Below are positions 15,144 through 31,836 of a stretch of 64,000 nucleotides of DNA, one piece after another. The notes beneath the pieces are model-generated. The model did no database searches. It saw only the letters and a program-made list of their open reading frames with translations, and was not told the DNA's origin. The DNA lies in assembly GCF_009914755.1 (NCBI RefSeq), contig NC_060926.1, one strand, 5' to 3'. The position numbers and the translations under genes are program-made. This DNA is from the human T2T-CHM13v2.0 reference genome, Homo sapiens. Each line of letters starts with the position of its first letter. The stretch's first letter is position 1.

Positions 15144-16737
15144 GTTGTTTCTTTATAGAGTCCTCAGGTGTTGAGAGAATGAACAGTGTTATATGATGTC
15201 TGGAAAAAGAATATTCTACTGGGAGGAAGAATAATAAATATAAAATAAGAATATTAGAGAGAATAATAAAAAGAAGTCAGAGAGGAAGAATGTTTCAATA
15301 TTTATTATTGTCCAAATGAAAAAGATAATGGGTCTGGGAAACATTGGTAGAAGCAGGAGATATATTATGTTGTGGGGTATGGAGTTTTACATGACTTGGA
15401 AGATATTTTCCTTAAAATTTTTCATACTTTACCTATTAGTCCACATTCTCTAGGGTAATTTTATCATTTATTTGACTTCCCAGAAATTCTAACATTACTC
15501 CATGTGTGTGAGAGATGCATGAGTATTCGGGACATTGGGAATAAATATTTTATCTAAATAATGAAGTGGCTTCTAGTTTTATATCTTGATCTCTTACAAG
15601 TTATGGCTATGGTAATACAGTGAATATGTTGTTTTAAACCTGAGGGCTATACTCAGAGTGCTGATGATATCAAGATATTATAATGTCAATATATTCTATT
15701 GTTTAGTGTGGAAAACTAGCCTTACCCTCCCAAACCTCTCAGATCACATACAATAAGAGAAAACTAGCTGAAATCTAATTCTATTCCATAGTAAATAGAG
15801 TGTCTCAATGTGTCTCCAAGTCTATATAGCATCCCTATGAGGTACACTTTCTTATTCTCATTTTCCAAATAGAAAAGCTGAGACCTACAGAAATTAAATG
15901 ACTTGCCACTACCAGAATATAAGTGGCCAATTTGGACCTGTAATAGCTCATTTCCTGAACAGTGCTATTGCCCCAGGAGTATATACTGGGTATCCATCAC
16001 ATACATACGTTGACATGGATGCTTGATTGTGTCAACATATCTTACAGTTTGCAGACATGGAAGGAGCCGGCAGCATTTTCACTAACATCCACCCTCCTCA
16101 GTGGCTTAATCATTAGGCCTCTGGTTAAAGAATAAATCAGTAGCCTAAAAAAACAGACCATTGTGGGTGAAAAATTATTAAGATATTATGTGCTTGAGGA
16201 CTGATATATTGACATTAGTCCCTTAGCTTGTGCTAATTCACTTGGCTGAGTATAAAAGGGAGAAAACAATAACAACAATTAAACAAAACAAAAAATTATA
16301 TATACATATATACAATAAAAACAAACAAGTAAGCCACAAGGTATTTCTGGAAAAAATTCAAGAGCTTGAAAATAAATAAAGGCATAAATATCTCCCAGGA
16401 AAATTAACTGTAGCATTCTCTTACAGATAGGAGAGAAAACAATGTTTACCAGTTGCAGTTTTGTCATTCTGTTAAATATCTGGTATTTGAAATAGAATAA
16501 ATATATAAATGATAGCAATACAAAAGACTAGTTAACTCAAAAGGAAACTTTATTTATAAAGTTTAATGCAACTAGAACATTTGGCCAGGTGTGCAAAGCC
16601 AGTACATTATGCTAAATATTTTATTTTCTCAAGTCTACCCAAACAGTATTCCTTGTTCTTCAGATTATGTAATTAATATCCTCCAGAGTTATAACTCTTT
16701 TGTTCCTAACTGCTCACTTCAGTTACAGAAGATGCAC

Positions 16738-17032
16738 CATTCTTAACTATATTGAAAATATAGAACAGCCCTATTGTTATTGGATAGCAGTCTCCTTCCT
16801 TTTTAATTTCTCATGTTGACCTATGCCATTTGTTTCATAAAAACAAAATAATACAAGCAAAACCTGTAAAGCTAACTAACTGTACTATACATTCTTAATT
16901 GTATTGAAAATATAGAACAGCCCTATTGTTACAAGATGGCAGTCTTCTTCCTTTTTCTCATGTTGATCTATGCAATTTGTTTCATAAAAAACAAATAATA
17001 CAAGTGAAATCTGTAAAGCTAATTGTACCATA
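16738..17032. repeat. About 152-bp diverged tandem duplication
   Basis: CATTCTTAA..TATTGAAAATATAGAACAGCCCTATTGTTA... at 16738 and 16890. Confidence 0.93.
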
Positions 17033-17414
17033 TATCAATGTCAAATCTATTTGGATAGATTATATTTCTTAGATGATCATGTTATACATGATTTAAGTAC
17101 TTCAGACAAAATAGCTTTAGCCCTATCTAGAAAACGACTAGTTTATTAATTAATAAAGAAATCCTTGTGCAATATCAATAATTAAATTTTTACCACTCAC
17201 TTTTTATTGAAGAAGGATAAAGAGGAGATTGACATATAATGAATACTAGCAATTACGTGAATGGTCTTAAGTACCTGGTAATGAAAATGCCACCAACAGA
17301 TGTTTGTGAAAGACAAACAAGCTTTAACATGTTCCATATTCAATTTAATACCCATATGCTAATTGGAGATCTATCTTTTTAAGAACAAATGACTCAAAAG
17401 CAGATTTATATATG

Positions 17415-21835
<4,421 letters not shown>

Positions 21836-22345
21836 GGATGCAGTTGTTAGTGGAGGCTGTTGTGAAGTTTTTCTGGGGTAGGAATGCATGCCAGGTGGGT
21901 CACTCCTTGGGCCCCAGTGATGACAGTGGTGGGCTGAGCATGCTTGTGCTTGAGAGCCAGAGCAGCATATGGTGGCACTGGTGTTATTATGTCCATATGG
22001 GAAGATTCTTGGGCCTTCAGATAGGTTGTCGAGGTGCTGGCATTGGCAGCAGTGGGCCAAGTGTGTGGGCAGGTTCTTACGGTCTTGGACAGCAGGTGTG
22101 GCACGGGTGATGGCAGTACCAGTGGCAGGCCCACTCTCTGGCTCCCAAGTGCTTTGTAATGGTGTTGGTGGTGGCTGTGATGGGCTGGGTAAGCCAGTCT
22201 TCAGGCCTGAAGGTGGCATGTGCAGGTGAGTTGCAGCAGGTTGGATGTGCTACCTTATGGTCTTCAGAAGAAGTGCTTATGTGCCAACACTGGTGGAAGA
22301 GATTGAGTGATCTCCAGGCCCCTGCATGGCATGTTCAGGCACTGG
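21836..22345 (-). mobile_element. Probable L1M 5' UTR-type GC-richer fragment
   Basis: G-rich degenerate GGTGCTGGCA/GGTGGCA repeats contiguous with the L1MA; recognised by pattern only. Confidence 0.55.
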
Positions 22346-23244
22346 TTCAGGAATCAGTATATAACCCCACCAGAGTTAATGAGATGCAAATGTAAGTCAC
22401 TGCAAAATAGGACTTTCACCTGAGAAGACTTGAAATTTGGGCTACTGGTGACTGAGAATAAAGCCAATATAGAAACAAATAAACAACAACAACAAAACCT
22501 CAGAGATAAATTGGGTCTTGATGGCATCTTTTGAGTTCAAACCCATCCCTGGATTTATTATAATGTAAGCCAAAAATTTATCTTTCATGCTCATAACAGT
22601 TTGAATTGTGTTTTCTTACAAACAAGTCATTTCTAGCTGATAACAAAAGTTATCAGAAAAACTATAGGTATATCATGAATTTTCAACTCACAAACTGTCC
22701 TGAGCATTTATCTTTGTCAACATCTACTATAATTTTTCATTTTCAGTAAACACAATGGATTCAGGGATTTTATACTTTAAATGTTCAGACTACCTAGTAC
22801 TGCCTATTATAAAAATCAAAATATTTTTCTGAGCAGTTAATTGCGTTACCATGTTTTGTTGATATTATATTAATAAAAAAATAGATTTGGCACACAAAGT
22901 GTACAGTTTTTAGATATATAGAGTATCCTTCTATTTTCACACACAGCTTCATAAACATACAACATGTTGGATATCAAAATGATTGTTGCTTTTTAATAAT
23001 TACCATCATCCCATATATTTCCTTCACTTAGGTCCATACACTAACATGTTACCAAATAGCCTTTTTGTCCCATAAAAAACTAAAATAAATTTTATTTATT
23101 ACATAGTATTTGCAAGAAACTTTCACATCTCATATAATTTAAATTTAAAGATAATATTTGATATTATAATTTGATGATATCAAATAATAAGGATTAAAAA
23201 GAGCAGGTGTTAACAACTGAAATATAAATCCAGGTAATCCAGCT

Positions 23245-23476
23245 TCAAATTGAGGATTTGTTTTGTAGCACATTGAATTTTAGCACATGGTTTGGCAAAT
23301 CTTGTAAAATCTTGGTTGGAACCACATGTGAGATACTGCCAGGATTCTCTGTTTATTTTCATTGCCTCTGCCTTGTTGGCTTGCTTATTTTCAACTATAG
23401 ATCAGATTGAAAATTTGTTTTGTAGCACAATGAATTTTAGTACAAGTTTTGGCAAATCTTGAAATTTTAGTTGGAA
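23245..23476. repeat. About 75-bp diverged direct repeat, period 157
   Basis: ATTTGTTTTGTAGCACA.TGAATTTTAG.ACA.G.TTTGGCAAATCTTG...GTTGGAA at 23245-23321 and 23402-23476. Confidence 0.9.
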
Positions 23477-23608
23477 ATAAAGACATCAATAACTTGTCTT
23501 TGTTCCACTTTTAAAAATTCTACAAAAGAATTCTTATGGGCTTGGTTTTGATAATTTTCTGTCTTCTCCTTCCGTGAACGGAAAAGAGATTGAAGTGGAT
23601 ATGTTTGA

Positions 23609-24260
23609 TGCTATGGTCTGAATACTGACATTGACCAAAAATTCATATGTTGAAACCTAATACCCAATGTAATAGTGTTAAGAGGTAAGGCCCTAGGGAA
23701 GATATTAAGCCATGAGGATTCCACTCTCATGAATGGGATTAGTGGCCTTATGAAGAGACTTATTCTCTTGCCCCATTTTGCTATGTGAGGAGGCAGAAAG
23801 AAGACCTTAACTATGAAAGATGATAGTTCTAGAAAACCAAACACCTCATATTCTCACTCATAAGTAGGAGTTGAACATTGAGAACACATGGACACAGAGA
23901 GGGGAGCAACATACACCAGGGCCAGTTCGGGGGTAGAGGGTGAGGGGAGGGAACTTGGGAGGATGGGTCAATAGGTGCGGCAAACCACCAAGGCACAGGT
24001 ATAACTATGTAACAAACCTGCACGTTCTGCACATGGATCCCACCCCACCCCACTTTTTTTTATAAGAAATTCAAAAAAGACATCAATTGCAAAATGAGAG
24101 AGAGAGAAAAAAGAAAGATAAGTGTTCCTTAAATGTCAAATCTGCTGTCACTTGAATCTGAGATTTCCCAGCTTCCAAAAATGTGAGCAATAAATTTCTG
24201 TCATTTATAAATTACCCAGTCTAAGACATTTTGTTAAGGCAGCCTTGAGGGACTAAGGCA
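23609..24260 (+). mobile_element. MLT1A0-like MaLR LTR, split by an L1PA 3' end
   Basis: TGCTATGGTCTGAAT...CTCATGAATGGGATTAGTG...AATAAATTTCTG...GACTAAGGCA. Confidence 0.85.
23831..24110 (+). mobile_element. L1PA8A-like short 3' end
   Basis: CATATTCTCACTCATAAGTAGGAGTTGAAC...GTAACAAACCTGCACGTTCTGCACATG followed by T-run/AGAAAT tail; degenerate TSD GAAAGAT...GTTC. Confidence 0.85.
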
Positions 24261-25699
24261 ATTGGTAGAGAGAGTACCTTTCCAAAAGAAAGGGGATAAT
24301 GGAAACTTTTTAAAGAATATTGTATGTATAGGTAGACAAACAACTAAGTACTATAGTCAGTTTACTACAACATAAAAGATTGTACAGAAGAAATGAGACC
24401 TCAAGAAAGAAAACCCAAGCATTTCACTCTATTTTCATGTCTTATTTTAGCAATTTTAGTAGAGAAATTAAGTTCTATTATAAACTCAATCTTTGGTTTA
24501 AACCTTGGTTTAAGTAGAGTTTTATTAAAACTGTGTGATCTTATACAAAGTCCTTGACATCTCTGGGCTTCATTTTGTCCCCTTGCAAAATAAAAATAAT
24601 ATTAGTGCATACCTCGTAGGGTTATTATAATGATGAACTACAATAATCTGTTTAAAACATCTAACATAGTACCTAGCACAGAGTGATATATACCTTCCAT
24701 TCATCATTTTATGTGATGATTGGAGAGATCAAGTTCTAACAAGTGACACCTAGAGATCATAACCTAATTAAAAATGAAGATGAGAAACCAGTATATAACA
24801 CACTTTCTCTCTTTTCTCTCTCTCTCTCAGACACAAATACACATATGCACATACACGGACACACACAAAGAAGACTGAAGGAAGAATAAAGAATAGGCTT
24901 TTAAATTTCATGAACAGAACCAATACACTTTGTTAAAGTGGCTTAAATAAAATAAGACGATGCAAATTAGAAAGAGATATATCAAAGATTCGTGAAATAC
25001 ATTGATGCCCATGATTGTGTAAAAGACACAGACAAGTTTGAAATTTGGAAGCAAAAGAAAGTAAAATCTTATTACTACTTCCAGCCTTTTCTCTATCTAA
25101 TCCTTTTATTTTCACCTCCTTTGGGATGAAAACATAATGTTGCTCTCCATTTTGTTACTTACTAGAAAATGTGACATCATTAAGAAGCATAAATGAGACT
25201 TGGTCATCCTTTTTCTGATTCACAGCCCTAAAGTTAAAGTTATTTTATTTTTATCCTTCTATCTTGCCAGCATTTCTCCTCCAAAAAGCATTGACCTGCA
25301 TATAGGAATTCTTGGCTCTAATCATATTGTTTAAGTCCATCTTCTAAGTGGGCCATGTGTTTATACATACAAAATGAAAGATCTTGACTAATTTGTCTCT
25401 AATAGAGAACTCTAGTAGATGTATATTTTTGGTACCTCTGTGGCACAGAGAGGCCACACATTTTGCTTTTCTTTGTTGTAATCTTTTTTCTCTAGAATGT
25501 AACCTTGAATGATGCCAACCTGAATTCTACACCTTCAAATGAATCCCCTCTAAAGATTACTATCCCTCTCCTTCCACTATCTTACAGTTATTGAAGATAC
25601 AGTAGGATACTGGGGAAACTGGGTTCTTTGGTGGTTTTACCAACATTTTATTAGTGAGCTGGGTTTTTTTCAAGGCTCCACTATAGGCTGAATAGTTGT

Positions 25700-26840
25700 T
25701 GCTGTGGTTTAAATGGGTCCTCCAAACTTCACATACTGGAAACTTAATCATATGCAATTAGACCTCAATTTCATATGCTGTCAGTAGGTGGGGTATTTGA
25801 GAGGTAATAGAGGTAGGTTGTCATCAGGGTAGGTCCCCCATGATGGGACTGTTGGCTTTGTAAGAAGAGGAAGAGAGATCTGAGTTGACAGGCATCATCT
25901 TGCCCTCTTGTCATGTGATACCTTCCACTATTATGATACAGCAAGGCCTTCACCAGATGTCAGTGCTATGCTCATGAACTTCCCAGACTCCAGAATTGCA
26001 AGAATAAATTTATTTTCTTTATAATTACTCAGTATATGGTATTCAGTTATAGCAACAGAAAACAGACTTATGCAGGCAATTGGTACTGAGAATTGGAGCT
26101 GTTGCTATGGGAAATACCCCAAAATGTGGAAGCTCCTTTGGGACAGGGTAATGGGCAGAGGCTGGAAAAGTTTGGAGGAGCAGGCTAGATGAAGCTTGCT
26201 TTGCCATGAATGGAGCATTATGGGAGATTTTGGTGAAAAGAGGAGAAATGTAGGGAAAATCTGAATCTTCTTAGAGATTACAGTTGACCCTTGAATAATA
26301 CTGGTTTGAAATGCATGGGTTTACCATACAAAGATTTTGTTTTCGATAAAAGTTACACAAAGTGTGCCTGGCTGTCCTGCTGCTTCCTTTTCTACCTCCT
26401 CCACCTCCTTTACTTCCTCTACCTCTATTTCCCCCAAGACGGTAAGGCCAACCCCTCATCTTCCTCCTCTTCTTCAACCTACTCAATGTGAAGATGACAA
26501 GGATGAAAAACTTTATGATGATCCACTTCTACTTAATAATGTTAAACATATTTTTTCTTAATTATGATTTTTAATAACATTTTCTTTATCTTACTTTATT
26601 GTAAGAATACAGTATATGACACATATAACATACGAAATATGTGTTAATTTACTGTTTATGTGATTGGTATGGTTTCTGGGCAACAATAGGCTGTTAACAG
26701 TTAAGTTTTGGGGGAGCTCAAAGTTATACATGGATTTTTTACTGTGTGGAGATGGTTAAAAGGTCAACGGTACTTAAGTGGTTGTGACAAGAATACTTGT
26801 CTATGGTATTCTGTTATAGCAACAAAAAATTGACTAAGTT
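25700..26840 (+). mobile_element. MSTC-like MaLR: LTR (25700-26074), internal start and second LTR 3' tip
   Basis: LTR ends TATAGCAACAGAAAACAGACT; internal AATTGGTACTGAG...GGGTAATGGGCAGAGGCTGGAAAAGTTTGGAGG; LTR end repeated at about 26799-26838. Confidence 0.8.
26281..26770 (+). mobile_element. Tigger2a-like DNA transposon
   Basis: Inverted termini CAGTTGACCCTT...AAGGTCAACGG with TA target duplication; CAACCTACTCAATGTGAAGATGACAAGGATGAA. Confidence 0.88.
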
Positions 26841-26911
26841 GCATTAGTAAGTATTTTTCTGAATGTAATCCATTTATTTATGTGTAGAATTTTGAAGATT
26901 ATTGATAATTC

Positions 26912-27214
<303 letters not shown>

Positions 27215-28728
27215 TAAAAACTTTCTGCTCTAGGTAACAGCTAAGTGAAGACATCTTTTTATAAGGTATGTGTGCATATAAACACACACATCCTCCCCAC
27301 CCCGACACACAGTAGAGTTTAATCATTAAAATAGATTAAAATCCAAGAAGCTTACACTATTTCTTTTTTAAATTAAAGACTTGGCCTCATTCTTTATGAT
27401 TAACCAAGATCGAAGCACTTCTATTATTGTAGAGCAGTAATACTAGATGAATCTCTCACTGTGACATTGTTTTCCTCTTGATGGTGTAATTCCTTTGAAT
27501 CTAAAATGTGACACATTTAAGAGTTCTGCCACATGCATACTCCTTAGAAATTTTTAGTTCCTCAAATTTTGTAAAAAAAGAAAAAAAAACACTTGAAGGA
27601 AAAATAATTTAAAATATATCAAAAACAATGAAAGCTTTTTATGTGAGGGGTGCAAAATAAAATGGAGACATTTTTAGAATCATCAAAAAACAGTTTTCTG
27701 TTTTGTATCTTTGAAGGTAGGCAGTGATTACTTGTCTGAGGGAATTTAAGCCAAAACCAAAAAAGCCAACATACAGTCTTTTTTTCCCTCTCTTTTACTC
27801 TTTCCTGGATTCTGAATAATATTGGAATGAGAAAACATCAGAACTTAAAATTAACTGGCAGCTTAAACTTCCAAAGGTGGTACTTAAGGGAGAATTCACT
27901 CCTAGTAAATACATTAGTGGTCACTGCAAGTGGGTGATTATTTTGGAAACAGAAATGTATATAAAAATAACTTGGGGAACTGAGGTTTTAGGGACACTAT
28001 TTGAGCAACTTCCCTGAATCTCTCCTGCCTTTACATTTCTCCATCACTAGTTTCAGTGTCTTCCTTAATCCACAGATTTCACTCTTTTTTTTTTTTTCAA
28101 ACACATCTATTCTTTTCTCACCATGCTTTTTTCCTCTTTATTGTCTCTCCAATTCTTTATGTGTCAGTTCTAAATTAATTCTGCTTTTAACTTTCTATTA
28201 GGACATTTAGTTAGATTCTTGGAAAATTTTTACTTCTTTTTTGGGCGGGCATTAGAAAAAAACACACACTGATACTTTTCTCAACATTTTTATGTTTTTA
28301 TCTTGGCCTTAGTTGAAAACAAAAGCTTCTGGACAGTGATGATGATCTATTCTGTATCGACATTCCAAATAAAAATATACTCGCATGCCTCGTCAGCAAA
28401 TTAGGGTTTAAAGATATGTCAGAGGCTACCTGGTATAGCTCTGTCTTCAGGTAAGACTTTCCCTAAGACTTTTGTCCTTTGAATATAAGATATTGTTTTT
28501 ATAGATCTCTAAAGGGATACATTCCCTCTTAAACATAAATGCAATTACATAATTTCATAGTCACCACTCTTCCATATAATTTTAAATGAATTACATTTTG
28601 TTTAAGATGTGTAATTTAGAAATATTTTTGAGTCTCCTAGGGAATGTATAGTTAAAAGAAAATTGAAGATTTGGTTTTTCTTATAAAGCAACTAAACTGA
28701 GATTAAACGGGCTTAAAAATTGACCTAC

Positions 28729-29170
<442 letters not shown>

Positions 29171-29471
29171 CTACAAGAAATCTTCAATAAATTTAAGCCT
29201 CTCCCCACAAGAGCCTAAGAATTAAACATTACATATTCTCGAATGAAAAAGAAGTGGTGAAAAATGTTACCCATCTCCTTACAGTATCTAACCAAACAGG
29301 TAGGGACTATTACGGTACTCTCACAAAGAGCTTTGAACTTAAAACTGAAGGAACACAAATCTAGTCTTAACTGTGACATTTACTTGATCAGAGATAGAAA
29401 CTTTTTGAATGTTGAATTATACAAATATGAAAAATGAACATAATAAAGTCTACCTGTCAAGATTGTTGTGA

Positions 29472-29800
<329 letters not shown>

Positions 29801-30122
29801 GAATGATTGTATTTTATAAATGTATTTTTATGTATAAATTGTTATTATTATATATAATTAGCTATAAGTTCAATTGTTAGAAATGCTCTTTTAATTATTT
29901 CATCCAAAAGGAAATGATGTGATGAACTAACAGAAGATTCTCTGACTTTGATGATCATTCACATCTGATCAGAAGCTGAGTTCACTGGCCTGATACTTAT
30001 CCTGCAGGAGACCTTTCAGAATTTTGTTTTGTTTTGTTTTAATTGCCTCTGGGATTACCTGATACTGCAAAACTCAGAAAATACCTCTGTAAAATGCAGA
30101 AAATCCTCTATCTTTAGTCTGG

Positions 30123-30124
<2 letters not shown>

Positions 30125-30158
<34 letters not shown>
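30125..30158. repeat. Poly-T (34 nt)
   Basis: Direct reading of the sequence. Confidence 0.97.
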
Positions 30159-30163
<5 letters not shown>

Positions 30164-31454
30164 CTCTACATTAGTATCCACAGGCTTTATGGCTTTGTAT
30201 TTTTTTCTATTTGTGACCAACATCTAATATCTATAAAGAGTTTTACTATAGGGCTCAATGTAACAAATTCTAAACGTATTCTACCATTTTTGTTTCTTTT
30301 CAGGGAATTTGAACAAGAGATCAGATTCATGGCAGAAGAATCACCTCCCAGGTTTTATTCTGCTTGAACCCCGTGGAAAGCTAATGATTTTGACATGAAT
30401 CTTCTCCTGTCTTGGATAGCCTTATAAGATTCTTTTCCTTTTAAAGTAAAGTGCTTTTGATTACAGATGCCACGTATCCCACAGTACTAGCAATACATTT
30501 GTCTTTTCAAATTAAAAATGAAGCTTGAGGGCTTGATTGCCCTGTCATTTAACAACGTTATTGCAATGAGAAAGTTCCTCCTTTCACTATATACCATTTT
30601 CTGTCATGCTGAAACAAGAAAGCAATACACTTTTCTGCTCAGAGTTTTCAATATCCTTTTCATTTCCATTGTATCACTTTAAAAGAGAACAGCACCTTTG
30701 AAGAAATATTGTGTAAATAAAAGCATTTAAAAATGTAGCACCAAGAAAACAAAACAGAAAAGCCAAGGGCACAAAGGAGGTAGGGAAACTACCTCTTAGG
30801 GGCAATGATGACCAGTTTCTGTTTTATAAATCTCTTACTAGTCACTCAGTTGAGGAAAAAGTGCCACATATATGTCAAAAGAAGTTCTGAGCATTGAAGG
30901 GTACATAAAGAAAGAGAGGGAAATGAGCAAATGGGAAAAGATAATATATCCTCAGTAAGCAGAATCTGCACGCTGACTCGCATTAAGTTGACCATCTTTT
31001 GATGTGGCTTTCCCGCCATGGGGGGTGAGGTGGATAAGCACAGCCCCATAGTGTTACAGCTTCATAAATCTCTACTCATTTGCAATTCATTGCATTCCTA
31101 GGAAAACAGAGTTCACAGTTAAGTACTAGCCAGTTTTGCTTTGGGGATTAGCAGTATTTGTATTTGGCAAGGTACAATGATAACAAGTTTTATTAAACTA
31201 TAATCTAGAAAGGTGATGCCACAAAAGGGAATTGTAGAGTTTATAAAGAGATGCCAAACTGGGAGCCTCCAAAGCTTTTCCTCTTGCACTGGGCATAATG
31301 TGGCAGGACATAGTAAGTATACAATCAATGTGTCTTGATTTGACACAATTGAATGAGGTTGCCACACTAAGCACTGAGACATTGTATCTTTAAATCATTT
31401 CATAACCTCTAGACCTAAGAATTATTGCTATATTGGATAAACTTTGATTTTTAA

Positions 31455-31836
31455 TAGTGTTTCTGTGTTAGTTGCCATAACAAAATACCACACACTGGGT
31501 ATCTTAAAAAACAGAAATTTATTTTCTTACAGTTCCAGGTGTTGAAAGTTCAAGATCAATCAATGTGTCCGCTGGGTTGGCTTCTCCCAAGGTCTTGTCT
31601 TCCTTGGCTTGCAGATGGCTACCTTCAAGCTGTACCCTCTGTGTACACAACATTCTACCATCTCTTTGTTTTTTTGTAAGGATATCAGCCATATTGAATT
31701 AGGGTCCCACCCTTATAATCTCATTTAACCTTCATTACCACTTTGAAGACCCTAACTCCAAGTAGAGTCACATTAGGAGTTAGGACTTCAACATATGCTT
31801 TGGGGTTGAGGTGGGAGACACAATTTAGTGTATACC
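31455..31836 (-). mobile_element. MLT1B-like MaLR LTR
   Basis: TGCCATAACAAAATACCACACACTGGGT...TTGGCTTGCAGATGGC...ATTAGGGTCCCACCC...GACTTCAACATATG. Confidence 0.82.

Noticed and set aside
30125-30158. Poly-T as the tail of a processed pseudogene (also 33540-33564)
   Set aside because: No TSD or recognisable mRNA/ORF adjacent.
31009-31017. E2F-like TTTCCCGCC motif
   Set aside because: An isolated motif with no promoter or CpG-island context.
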